Source of the DNA: an uncultured Candidatus Saccharibacteria bacterium
GTDB taxonomy: Bacteria; Patescibacteriota; Minisyncoccia; Phycocordibacterales; UBA2100
Assembly: GCA_964399865.1 (NCBI GenBank)
Contig: CAYNRJ010000001.1
Location: 202,050-266,049, forward strand
Direction of reading: 5' to 3'
Length of the DNA: 64,000 bases
The position numbers and the translations under genes were made by a program. Every line of letters starts with the position of its first letter. The first letter of the stretch is position 1. The notes beneath the pieces are model-generated. The model was not told where the DNA came from. It searched no databases and was given only the letters and a program-made list of their open reading frames with translations. This document shows, in pieces, positions 44,715 through 53,843 of this stretch.

Positions 44715-45389
44715 ATGAAAATTCTTATCGTAGAGGACGAAGAGAAACTCGCGTCCGCCCTAGTGCGTGGACTCACTGCCGCAGGATACTCGGTGGATAC
44801 TATTGCGGACGGCAAGAAAGCGCTGATGCGCATCTCCCTTCATCGTACTGATTACGATCTAATGATATTGGACCTTATGCTCCCGACGATGGACGGACTC
44901 GAGATCTGTCGTTCGGCTCGAGAAAAGGGAGTCACGATTCCAATACTCATTCTTACTGCCCGAAATGAGACAGAGAAAAAAGTGAATCTCCTCCTCTCGG
45001 GCGCCGACGATTACCTGGTAAAACCCTTCTCTTTCGCGGAATTACAGGCACGTATCCAGGCACTCCTGCGACGACCATCAGAAAGCCTTCCAGAGGTCCT
45101 GAAAGTAGCTGACATAGAGCTAAATGTTGTCGAAAGAAGAGTCACCAAGGCTGGAAAAGAAATTTCGCTGACACTTAAAGAATTCGGCATCTTGGAATAC
45201 TTCATGCGCCATAAAGACCAGGTTGTTAACCGAGAAGACCTGCTCGCACATTTGTGGGACTTCAATTACTCCTCGTTTAGTAATGTCGTCGATGTCCACG
45301 TCAAAAATCTCAGAAAAAAATTGAGCGAGGCGGGAGGCGAGGATGTTGTGGAAACAATTCGTGGTATTGGCTATCGCCTTCGCGCCTAA
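44715..45389 (+). CDS. OmpR-family response regulator
   Basis: REC (ILDLMLPTMDG) + winged-helix (RGIGYRLR). Confidence 0.88.
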   Translation: MKILIVEDEEKLASALVRGLTAAGYSVDTIADGKKALMRISLHRTDYDLMILDLMLPTMDGLEICRSAREKGVTIPILILTARNETEKKVNLLLSGADDYLVKPFSFAELQARIQALLRRPSESLPEVLKVADIELNVVERRVTKAGKEISLTLKEFGILEYFMRHKDQVVNREDLLAHLWDFNYSSFSNVVDVHVKNLRKKLSEAGGEDVVETIRGIGYRLRA

Positions 45390-45569
45390 CTACAGCACGT
45401 TAGAAGATTTCACGCAGGATTCATATCCTCTCCCTTAAAATAGTCAGGGGAAATGATCTTTATGGGTTTATAAATAGATTTATCCCTAACGGAGTGCGCT
45501 ATGCTCTACAGAGTCTTGCTAGATTTGGAGGGTGGTGAGTTGCTAGTGGAGGGCCAGGAAATCATGTAG

Positions 45570-45610
45570 GCCGGGGAGGCTGCAGTCTTTATAGGCGCGG
45601 CCTCCCCGGC
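45570..45610. other. 11-bp GC hairpin (GCCGGGGAGGC / GCCTCCCCGGC) with 19-nt loop in a 420-bp intergenic region
   Basis: Seen directly in sequence; not followed by a U-run. Confidence 0.5.
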
Positions 45611-45810
45611 ATATATGGATATCTTCATGATTTCTTCATTCATCTAGAGGTAGTGTACCGCAATCGGTGTTGACACCTCGCTATGTGCATCGCACTGTAA
45701 GCGTAAGGTATACGGGGTAAGAATGAAGAAATTCATACGTCTTCATATGTGGCCCCTCAAAACACCGTGCGGGCTCCGACTTTATAAGTAACCCTAGTTT
45801 CTTAACGAAC

Positions 45811-46551
45811 ATGAAAAAATTAACTGCGATTGGTCTAACGCTAGGCTTTATTGTTAGTTTCGCTCCGACTGCCTTCGCTCAAGGAGTGAATGTGGGAGTG
45901 GATGCCGACGTCTCGGTACAGGTGGGTGGTGGTACAAATGGCACCGCGTCCTCATCTTCTTCAGGCAGTGTGTCCGGCTCCGGTCAAACGAATACCGGTG
46001 CAAACACAACTACAAATACTAGCGGAAGTGATGATACGGAAACAAGCGGAAGCGTCGAGGGATCAGGTATAACGATCACCCGTGCAACAGCTTCAGATAA
46101 CAGCGGCGTTTCCATCTCCGTACCAACGATGGTAGAGACAAGTTCAGATCTTTCTGCGTACGCTTCGACAGTAGTAAATACAGATGCGAACGTTGAGAGT
46201 GCCGAATTGTCAGAGGAGGAGGTCTCAGTGCTCTACAAGCAGCGTGCGAGACTCTTCGGTTTCATCCCCGTCTTCGTTCCAGTTAAGGCAACGGTTGAGA
46301 GTAACGGCGATGTATCGGTGAAATATCCATGGTACGGCTTCCTCGTCTCTAAAAAGGAACGCGCAACCCTCGAATCACAATTGAGCACCGCGGTTACTGC
46401 GAATGCCAACGCCTCTCTCGAATCAGGTGCTGAGTTATCTTCTAAGACCCAGGCTTGGATACTCGACAGAATACACGCAACCTTAAAGCAAAATCTCGAC
46501 GCAAGTCTTCAAGCTGAAGCAAACGCGGAAGGTTCTGCAAACGTGAACTAG
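45811..46551 (+). CDS. secreted Ser/Thr/Gly-rich protein
   Basis: Signal peptide MKKLTAIGLTLGFIVSFAPTAFA followed by a low-complexity N-terminal half. Confidence 0.5.
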   Translation: MKKLTAIGLTLGFIVSFAPTAFAQGVNVGVDADVSVQVGGGTNGTASSSSSGSVSGSGQTNTGANTTTNTSGSDDTETSGSVEGSGITITRATASDNSGVSISVPTMVETSSDLSAYASTVVNTDANVESAELSEEEVSVLYKQRARLFGFIPVFVPVKATVESNGDVSVKYPWYGFLVSKKERATLESQLSTAVTANANASLESGAELSSKTQAWILDRIHATLKQNLDASLQAEANAEGSANVN

Positions 46552-46572
46552 CTAGAGAATTGAACTTGTGCT

Positions 46573-46610
46573 GAAAACACGACGCCTTACAGGGTCGTGT
46601 TTTCAATTAT
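46573..46610. terminator. bidirectional intrinsic terminator
   Basis: GAAAACACGAC-loop-GTCGTGTTTTC between convergent genes. Confidence 0.6.
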
Positions 46611-46615
46611 CGACC

Positions 46616-47059
46616 TTATTGCTTTGCCTTTTCGGCTTTTGCTTTCTCAGCTTCGTAGATCCGACGTCTTAATGCAGTAGTCGAGAAACCATGATCTCTG
46701 GTATTGAAATACATTTCGATTGGAAGATCATGCCCAGTGTATTCTTTCCCCTTCCAATCAGCGCCGATGATGCGGAGATCGATCCCAAACTCATTCTTCT
46801 TGAGAATGTCGTACAGCTGCTCTTCCGTATCGTACACAAATATCTCGTCGATGTATTTAATACTCTCCAAGATGATTTTTCTCTCTTCGAGAGACATCAC
46901 GGGTGTATTCTTTTCCGGTCTATCAATAGAGGGATCAGACTGCAGTCCAACAACGAGATAATCGCAGACAGTTTTCGCCTCCTTAAAGACGAGCATGTGC
47001 CCTGCATGACAGAGGTCAAATGCTCCAACGGTCACCCCCACCTTCTTGCCGTTTTTCAT
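46616..47059 (-). CDS. cytidylyltransferase-like nucleotidyltransferase (HldE C-domain / TagD family)
   Basis: GAFDLCHAGH HxGH motif; 147 aa. Confidence 0.75.
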   Translation of the reverse strand: MKNGKKVGVTVGAFDLCHAGHMLVFKEAKTVCDYLVVGLQSDPSIDRPEKNTPVMSLEERKIILESIKYIDEIFVYDTEEQLYDILKKNEFGIDLRIIGADWKGKEYTGHDLPIEMYFNTRDHGFSTTALRRRIYEAEKAKAEKAKQ

Positions 47060-47144
47060 TGAAAAACAGTATACCCGTTTCCTACAATTTGGTATAGGTA
47101 CGCCTGACGCTTCCTTTCACCACACTAGAAGCTATACTGTACCA

Positions 47145-47606
47145 ATGAATATCGAGATCTTTGAACTTCTGAGTTACGTCGTCACGATAATCGGTTTTCC
47201 AGCAGCGATCGGAGTTTTTCTCTATGAGCAACACAAGGAGCGGAATAACGAGGAAGAAGAGGTGTACCAATTACTTTCAGACAACTATCAAGATTTCTTG
47301 AAGATTGCGCTAGATAACACAGATCTTCGACTTTTCTCTGCAGAAGAACACACCGCGAGAAGCGAGGTTGACCGCGAACGAATGCTGATCGTATTTAGTA
47401 TGCTCATTTCCCTTTTTGAACGAGCATATCTCCTCCTCTACGAAGAAGACATGTCGAAGGTGCAAGCAAGGCGTTGGGCTTCCTGGGAAGACTACATGCG
47501 CGAGTGGTGTCACCGAAGCGATTTCCGACACGAACTCCCCCGACTCCTGGATGGAGAAGACGAGGATTTCAAAAAGTATATTCAAAAGCTTGCCGCCGCC
47601 CTTTAG
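47145..47606 (+). CDS. hypothetical protein with N-terminal TM helix
   Basis: The start is the internal MNIEIFELL; the upstream part of the ORF overlaps the convergent gene. Confidence 0.35.
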   Translation: MNIEIFELLSYVVTIIGFPAAIGVFLYEQHKERNNEEEEVYQLLSDNYQDFLKIALDNTDLRLFSAEEHTARSEVDRERMLIVFSMLISLFERAYLLLYEEDMSKVQARRWASWEDYMREWCHRSDFRHELPRLLDGEDEDFKKYIQKLAAAL

Positions 47607-47650
47607 CCCCGCGAGATGAGTGGAAAAGCTCTCTGTGTTAGAATGCGGCC

Positions 47651-48220
47651 ATGCAAGCACTTCTCGCATCGTACGAAAAGGACGCGGATCTTCTTCGCCT
47701 CGGCAAACTGCTGCAGGCAAACGGCTGGAAATTAATAGGCTCCGCTGGAACAGCAAAATACTTGAGTGAGAACAGTATCCCTTGCCGCGACGTCGCAGAG
47801 ATGGTCGGAAAACCGATCCTCGGCCACAGAGTTGTAACCTTGTCTCGCGAGATATACGCGGCCCTTCTCTCTACGCCCAAAGATGGGAAGGAGATGGCGG
47901 AATTAGGAATAGAATCAATAGATCTCGTCTACGTCACTTTATACCCCCTCGAAAAAACAATTGCCGATGCTGCTGCAACACCAGCCGATGTTATAGAAAA
48001 GACTGACATTGGTGGGCCGACACTTCTGCGGGCTGCCGCTAAAGGGCGCCGTCTCGCACTCTCAAATCCGTCCCAAATCACTGATCTCGAAACATGGATT
48101 GCGAACGGAGCGAAAGAAGACGAACGCGAAAAGCTCGCACTTCGCTTTGCGGGAGCTGCTGAGAGCCGTGTAGCTGAATACGTTAAAGCGTCCGCTGATT
48201 ATTGGAACAAACGATCCTAA
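47651..48220 (+). CDS. purH: stand-alone IMP cyclohydrolase (MGS-like N-terminal domain of PurH)
   Basis: Aligns to the PurH N-domain: GSAGTAKYL, LVYVTLYP, DIGGPTLLRAAAKG. No AICAR transformylase domain follows. Confidence 0.7.
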   Translation: MQALLASYEKDADLLRLGKLLQANGWKLIGSAGTAKYLSENSIPCRDVAEMVGKPILGHRVVTLSREIYAALLSTPKDGKEMAELGIESIDLVYVTLYPLEKTIADAAATPADVIEKTDIGGPTLLRAAAKGRRLALSNPSQITDLETWIANGAKEDEREKLALRFAGAAESRVAEYVKASADYWNKRS

Positions 48221-48222
48221 AT

Positions 48223-48765
48223 ATGCAAAAGACAAATCTCTATTCCATCACCGTACCTCCGATGATCAAATCGCTCGAAGCTCTTTCCAAGATGCTGGAT
48301 AAAGCTGCTGCTCATGCAGAAACGAAGGCAACCACAAATCGCCCAGGATCTGTGCACGCAGAAGCACTCCTCAATGATCGCCTTGTGTTTGATCAGTTCC
48401 CTCTCAAAATGCAGGTACAGATCGCATGTGACAATGCAAAAAATGGGATTGCGCGCCTCGCGGGAATCGAGCCGCCAAAATTCGAGGATACTGAAAAAAG
48501 TGTAGACGAATTAAAAGGGCGTATAGCAAAAACTCTCGAATTTGTAAAAACTTTTAAGCCGGAGCAGCTCATCGATCGAGAAGATACTCAAGTAACTCTT
48601 TCCTACTTCCCCGGTAAGTACATGACCGCGTTCGAATACGCAACAGAATACCTCCTGGGAAATTTCTACTTCCACGTCGTTACAGCGTATTCAATCATGC
48701 GTAAAAATGGTGTCGATCTCGGCAAAGCTGACTTCACGAACGGATTGCCGCTAAAGGATCTCTAA
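48223..48765 (+). CDS. DUF1993-like protein
   Basis: ~180-aa helical protein; family call from memory. The start is the internal MQKTNLY. Confidence 0.45.
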   Translation: MQKTNLYSITVPPMIKSLEALSKMLDKAAAHAETKATTNRPGSVHAEALLNDRLVFDQFPLKMQVQIACDNAKNGIARLAGIEPPKFEDTEKSVDELKGRIAKTLEFVKTFKPEQLIDREDTQVTLSYFPGKYMTAFEYATEYLLGNFYFHVVTAYSIMRKNGVDLGKADFTNGLPLKDL

Positions 48766-48772
48766 ACTAAAA

Positions 48773-49495
48773 ATGCTGAAACATTTTTTCTTTGATTTGG
48801 ATGAGACTCTCACACCAAGTCGCTCTCCAATGCTTTCTGAGCATACAGATTTGTTTGAGCGTCTGACGAAAGAACGGGATGTAATTGTTGTGTCCGGTGC
48901 TCAGGAGTCGCAGATGAAGAAGCAGCTACCGCAGAAACCTCTTCGCTATTACCTACTCACCCAAAATGGAAACCGCGCGATTGATCCCGAAGGCAATGTA
49001 CTGTGGAGCGAATCTTTCTCTGAAGCGCAAACAGAAGCTATTTTCAGTTTTATCGCAAAGATTAAAAACGACCTCAATTTAAAGGTGAAAAACGAGGACG
49101 ACCTCGTTGAGAATCGCGGGTCTCAAATAAGTTATAGCCTTATAGGACATAATGAGGAACTAAAGATTAAGAAAGCGTTTGACCCTGATGGATCAAAACG
49201 TAAAAATATTCTTGCGTCGCATACGACAGATGTACAAGATCTCCTTGAGAATAAGGTCGAGGTTACGGTAGGAGGTACCACTTGCTTCGACTTCTTTCTT
49301 GCAGGAAAAAACAAAGGCTACAACATCACGAGACTTATTGAGCGTTTGAGATGGCCAAAAGACGAATGCATCTATTTTGGGGACGCTCTTGAGCCAGGTA
49401 GAAACGACGAGAGTGTAATCGGTATTATTCCTACCCAAGCAGTTAAGGGGCCGGAAGAAACCTTTCGCTTTATAGAAGAGAAGCTGATATCATAA
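48773..49495 (+). CDS. HAD-IIB hydrolase, eukaryotic-type phosphomannomutase-like
   Basis: FFFDLDETLT motif I and C-terminal YFGD motif IV; architecture like PMM (PF03332). Confidence 0.6.
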   Translation: MLKHFFFDLDETLTPSRSPMLSEHTDLFERLTKERDVIVVSGAQESQMKKQLPQKPLRYYLLTQNGNRAIDPEGNVLWSESFSEAQTEAIFSFIAKIKNDLNLKVKNEDDLVENRGSQISYSLIGHNEELKIKKAFDPDGSKRKNILASHTTDVQDLLENKVEVTVGGTTCFDFFLAGKNKGYNITRLIERLRWPKDECIYFGDALEPGRNDESVIGIIPTQAVKGPEETFRFIEEKLIS

Positions 49496-49501
49496 CGGGC
49501 C

Positions 49502-50254
49502 ATGACCCCTGCACTCGAGATAAAAAACCTCAAAAAAACCTACAAATCTGGGACCGAGGCACTAAAAGGTGTCTCGCTAACAGTTCCAGAAGGCGATTTC
49601 TTTGCGCTCCTTGGGCCTAACGGCGCTGGAAAGACTACGATAATCGGCGTTGCTACAACTCTCGTGAATAAATCGAGCGGTGAGGTTAAAGTATTCGGAC
49701 ATGATATTGAGAAGGAGCCGGAAAAGGCAAAGGTACACATTGGTGTTGTACCTCAGGAGATAAATTTCAACCCTTTCGAGAAGTGCCTCGACGTGATCCT
49801 CAACCAGGGCGGTTACTATGGAATCCCGCGTAAGGAAGCGCTCCCTCGTGCGCATAAACTGCTCGAGGATCTCGGTCTTGGTGACAAGAAAGACAAGACC
49901 GGGTGGAGCCTTTCAGGAGGCATGAAGCGTCGCCTCCTTATCGCGCGCGCCCTTATTCACAAACCTCGCTTCCTTATTCTTGATGAACCGACAGCGGGAG
50001 TGGATGTTGAGCTGAGACGCGGTATGTGGGACTACTTGAAGAAGCTCACCTCCGAAGGAGTGACTATTCTTCTTACAACTCACTATCTCGAAGAGGCTGA
50101 ACAACTCTGTAAACATGTAGCTATCATCAGTAAGGGCGCTATCGTAGCCTCTGGGACGATGGATGAGGTGCTTGCGCTCCATGATGGTAAAGCATCAGCG
50201 GATGGCTATCGTGGTGGTCGGCTGGAAGAAGTATTCCTAAAGCTCACGAAATAA
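49502..50254 (+). CDS. ABC transporter ATP-binding protein
   Basis: Walker A GPNGAGKTT, signature LSGGMKRR, Walker B ILDEPT. Confidence 0.9.
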   Translation: MTPALEIKNLKKTYKSGTEALKGVSLTVPEGDFFALLGPNGAGKTTIIGVATTLVNKSSGEVKVFGHDIEKEPEKAKVHIGVVPQEINFNPFEKCLDVILNQGGYYGIPRKEALPRAHKLLEDLGLGDKKDKTGWSLSGGMKRRLLIARALIHKPRFLILDEPTAGVDVELRRGMWDYLKKLTSEGVTILLTTHYLEEAEQLCKHVAIISKGAIVASGTMDEVLALHDGKASADGYRGGRLEEVFLKLTK

Positions 50255-50255
50255 T

Positions 50256-51032
50256 ATGACGCCAAGACAAATGCTTATTTCGTTCTATACCATTCTTCGA
50301 AAGGACGTCGTACGGATTCTACGTATTTGGCCACAGACATTTCTGCCGAGCGTTGTCACCTCTGTTCTCTATTTCCTTGTATTCGGAAAAATTCTTGGCG
50401 AGCAAATTGGCGAGATCGGTGGATATGACTATATTCAGTTCGTAGTTCCAGGCCTTGTCATGCTCGCGGTTGTGACTAACTCTTTCGCAAACGTTGCGAC
50501 CTCTTTCTTCCAAGCAAAATTCTTCTCTCGCAATATCGATGAGATCCTCGTTTCTCCTACGCCTCCATGGGTCCTCATCGGAGGGTATGTTTCCGGTGGA
50601 ATGGTGCGTGGTATGTCGATCGGCGCACTTGTACTTCTTGTCTCAGTCTTTTTCGCCCCCCTCCCTCTCACAAATCCTCTTATCATTCTTCTCTTCCTCA
50701 TTCTTTCTAGTCTTGTATTCTCACTTGCAGGACTAGTCAACGGTATCTATGCAAAGAATTTTGATGGCATAAGCATCGTGCCTACTTTCGTATTAACGCC
50801 GCTTGTGTACCTCGGCGGAGTTTTCTACTCAATAGAGGCTCTTCCTGGTTGGTGGCAATCTATAACCTACGTAAACCCTATCTTCTACCTAATTAACGGT
50901 TTCCGCTGGGGATTCATGGGGGTATCAGATGTTCCTGTGGCGCTATGCGTCGCGGTCCTCCTAGGTCTAGTCGCAATTCTCGTTGCAATAAATCTGTACT
51001 TCATTAAGACGGGTCTCGGATTAAAACAGTAG
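50256..51032 (+). CDS. ABC-2 type transporter permease
   Basis: 258 aa, 6 TM helices, adjacent to the ATPase gene. Confidence 0.8.
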   Translation: MTPRQMLISFYTILRKDVVRILRIWPQTFLPSVVTSVLYFLVFGKILGEQIGEIGGYDYIQFVVPGLVMLAVVTNSFANVATSFFQAKFFSRNIDEILVSPTPPWVLIGGYVSGGMVRGMSIGALVLLVSVFFAPLPLTNPLIILLFLILSSLVFSLAGLVNGIYAKNFDGISIVPTFVLTPLVYLGGVFYSIEALPGWWQSITYVNPIFYLINGFRWGFMGVSDVPVALCVAVLLGLVAILVAINLYFIKTGLGLKQ

Positions 51033-51036
51033 GAGT

Positions 51037-51360
51037 ATGGTTGAAAAATTCGGAAAACCGAACGTCATACCTTTTGGAGAAGGAAAGGATACTTACGATG
51101 AGATCGCGAGTGACCTAATCGAGGAAATCGAGACACATATTGAAACCCATCCTGAATTAGACATCGACGATGAAGACGTGCAGGAGTTCGTGGAAAAACT
51201 CCTTACGGAGGTTGACCGCGCAGAAACTCTGCGGAGAATTCTTGAGTCTTCTGAACGACACCCTAGCTTCGATGAAATGACTCGTAGCGAGATCATGGGC
51301 TACATGGCCGCTTGTGTGGCATATAAGCAGCTGCCAACGAGCGAGAAGAAGTCCGGGTAA
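51037..51360 (+). CDS. hypothetical acidic protein
   Basis: 107 aa, Glu/Asp-rich. Confidence 0.4.
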   Translation: MVEKFGKPNVIPFGEGKDTYDEIASDLIEEIETHIETHPELDIDDEDVQEFVEKLLTEVDRAETLRRILESSERHPSFDEMTRSEIMGYMAACVAYKQLPTSEKKSG

Positions 51361-51368
51361 TTTAGAGC

Positions 51369-52766
51369 TTACAGACCCTTACTGATGGAGGGAGCAAGTC
51401 CAAGGTATGTCTCGGGACGTAATGCCTGGAGAGTTTTTTTGACCTTCTTATCGATGTCTAAGCCATCGATGAATGCAGAAAAGTCTTCAAGAGTCACCTT
51501 TCGTCCGCGAGTTAGCGCTTTTAGTTTTTCATATGGAACTTCTACGCCTTCCCTGCGAAGAACAGTCTGGATCGCCTCTGCCAAAACTTCTGGATGTTCA
51601 GAGAGCGCCTCTGACATCGCCTCCATGTTTACATCGATCTTTCCTAGACCTCGAAGAAGCGCCCTGTAACCAATGAGTGAATGTGCGAACGCCGTCCCAA
51701 ACGAACGTTCGACTGTTGAGTCCGTAAGATCCCGCTGTAGGCGTGAGATTGGGAGCTTCCTGGAGAAATGTTCAAAAAGCGCATTTGCAATACCGAGATT
51801 GCCTTCTGCATTCTCAAAGTCGATAGGATTTACTTTGTGCGGCATTGCCGAAGACCCCACTTCCCCACTCTTTGGCTTTTGTGTTATCCATCCGTCGCTG
51901 ATGTAGCGCCACATATCCTGAGAGAAATCAATGAGGATTGTGTTGGTACGCCTCATAATGTCGAAAAGTTCTGCATATGTATCGTGCGGCTCGATCTGAG
52001 TAGTAACTGGATTAAGTTCAAGGCGCACCTTAGATCCAGCATTGAGACTTGCGATGAATGCTTTAGAAAACGCCTGCCAATCCACTTGCGGTACCGCAAC
52101 AGTGTGCGCATTCCAACTCCCTGTCGCACCTCCAAATTTAACGAGAATAACCGATTCGCCTAATTGCTTCATTTGACGAGCAAGTCGCGCTTCGAATACC
52201 CGCATTTCTTTACCAAATGTCGTCGGAGTGGCACTTTGCCCGTGAGTCCTTGAAAGCATTGCTGTGGCTGCGTGAGTCTTTGCGAGTGAATCTAGCGCAA
52301 CTTGTACATCACGGAGCCCAGCGCCGATCACTCCCTGAAGACCGGATCGAAGTAGTGTGCCGTAGGCGACACTGTTTACGTCTTCAGAAGTGAGGGCGAA
52401 GTGCACCCACTCAGATACGTCTTTAAGGGTCGTTCCCTCGAGTTTCTTTTTAATAAAATACTCGACTGCTTTCACGTCGTGATTCGTCGCGGGTATTCCC
52501 TCGTAACCTTCTCGTTCCATCTTCTTAACGATTGCGGCGTCTTCTTCCGATATGTGTGGGAGCTGACGTAGAAGCGCCTTCTCTTCTGCGGATAATTTTC
52601 TCATTCCCACTTCTTTCGTTTCAGATAATGCGATCAGGTATTCGCATTCCACAAAGACTCGAGCTTTAATGAGACCGAACTCACTGAAACATTCTGAAAG
52701 TTCTGACGTGATCGAATTATATCGACCGTCAATTGAAGTTATCGCTCTAAGTGGATCAAATTGCAT
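51369..52766 (-). CDS. purB: adenylosuccinate lyase
   Basis: 465 aa; fumarate-lyase signature GSSAMPHKVNP. Confidence 0.93.
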   Translation of the reverse strand: MQFDPLRAITSIDGRYNSITSELSECFSEFGLIKARVFVECEYLIALSETKEVGMRKLSAEEKALLRQLPHISEEDAAIVKKMEREGYEGIPATNHDVKAVEYFIKKKLEGTTLKDVSEWVHFALTSEDVNSVAYGTLLRSGLQGVIGAGLRDVQVALDSLAKTHAATAMLSRTHGQSATPTTFGKEMRVFEARLARQMKQLGESVILVKFGGATGSWNAHTVAVPQVDWQAFSKAFIASLNAGSKVRLELNPVTTQIEPHDTYAELFDIMRRTNTILIDFSQDMWRYISDGWITQKPKSGEVGSSAMPHKVNPIDFENAEGNLGIANALFEHFSRKLPISRLQRDLTDSTVERSFGTAFAHSLIGYRALLRGLGKIDVNMEAMSEALSEHPEVLAEAIQTVLRREGVEVPYEKLKALTRGRKVTLEDFSAFIDGLDIDKKVKKTLQALRPETYLGLAPSISKGL

Positions 52767-52780
52767 AGAGGTTCTCGTTT

Positions 52781-52873
52781 AGAATATAGCTTTTGCCGTC
52801 GCTGTCTGCCGCTGGTGCGGCAGCGCTGCCTCTCGGCGCGCCCGCCTGCGAGACACGGCAAAAGCTATATTCT
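52781..52873. repeat. 93-bp palindromic element with 19-bp terminal inverted repeats (AGAATATAGCTTTTGCCGT) and GC-rich nested hairpin
   Basis: Lies in the purC-purB spacer. Its inner segment CTGCCGC-TGGT-GCGGCAG is itself a hairpin. Confidence 0.75.
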
Positions 52874-52907
52874 TGCTCTCGATTTAATACAGAAAGGTCG
52901 CTTCGCG

Positions 52908-53840
52908 TCATATTGTAAATGGTTTCAAATTAGCTTCGAGACGTGGAATAATCGGCTCCCCGCCAGGAATGAACTTCTTCCCCGTGATCTGCTCGTACAT
53001 TTGAATATACCGACGCGAAAGCTCTTCTACAAGCTCCGCTGGTGCCTCTGGGAGTACTTTATCTTTATATGGATCGCAGTTTTCCTTAAACCAGAGCCTC
53101 AGAAACTCCTTGTCGAACGACTTTGGCTCCTCCCCTTTCGCGATTTTGTCTTCGTAACTATCGAGCTGCCAAAAGCGTGAAGAGTCCGGCGTATGGATCT
53201 CATCAATGAGTACGAGGCGCCCATTCTCATCCAAACCGAACTCGTATTTTGTATCAACGAGAATAAGTCCCTGTGCTGCGGCAAGCTGCTGCCCATATGT
53301 AAAGAGCGCGACAGCCGTTTTCTTCACCTCTTCGAAAAGTTCCTTCGTTATAAAACCCTCGTCAATCATCTCTTCGGGTGAGAGTGCCCTGTCATGCGTA
53401 TCCTCTTTTGTAGTTGGATCAAATATTGGATGCGGTAATTTCGTATTCTTCTTCAGCCCATCGGGGAGCGTCAGGTCTCCGAATGTACGGACTCCCTTTG
53501 AGTAGCGAATCCAAATGGAAGTGTCGGTAACCCCCGTAAGATAGCCGCGCATTACCGCTTCAACGGGCACAGTTTTGTATTTTTTAGCGACAGTAACGTT
53601 TGGATCAGGAATTTCCACTACATGATTTGGGACAATGCCTTTCGTATTCTCGAACCAGAACGCACTCACTTGATTCAACACCTGCCCTTTGTGAGGAACG
53701 TGAGCAATGATGCGATCAAATGAAGAATGTCTGTCAGTCGAAATAAGGATGAGCCTCTCACCCTGATCGTATATATCGCGCACCTTGCCAATCTTTTTTG
53801 TTCCTATTGATGTCAGATTTGTTTCCTTGAGTACATCCAT
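52908..53840 (-). CDS. purC: SAICAR synthetase (long form)
   Basis: 310 aa; SAICAR synthetase fold with ATP-binding N-terminal region. Confidence 0.9.
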   Translation of the reverse strand: MDVLKETNLTSIGTKKIGKVRDIYDQGERLILISTDRHSSFDRIIAHVPHKGQVLNQVSAFWFENTKGIVPNHVVEIPDPNVTVAKKYKTVPVEAVMRGYLTGVTDTSIWIRYSKGVRTFGDLTLPDGLKKNTKLPHPIFDPTTKEDTHDRALSPEEMIDEGFITKELFEEVKKTAVALFTYGQQLAAAQGLILVDTKYEFGLDENGRLVLIDEIHTPDSSRFWQLDSYEDKIAKGEEPKSFDKEFLRLWFKENCDPYKDKVLPEAPAELVEELSRRYIQMYEQITGKKFIPGGEPIIPRLEANLKPFTI

Positions 53841-53843
53841 AGG

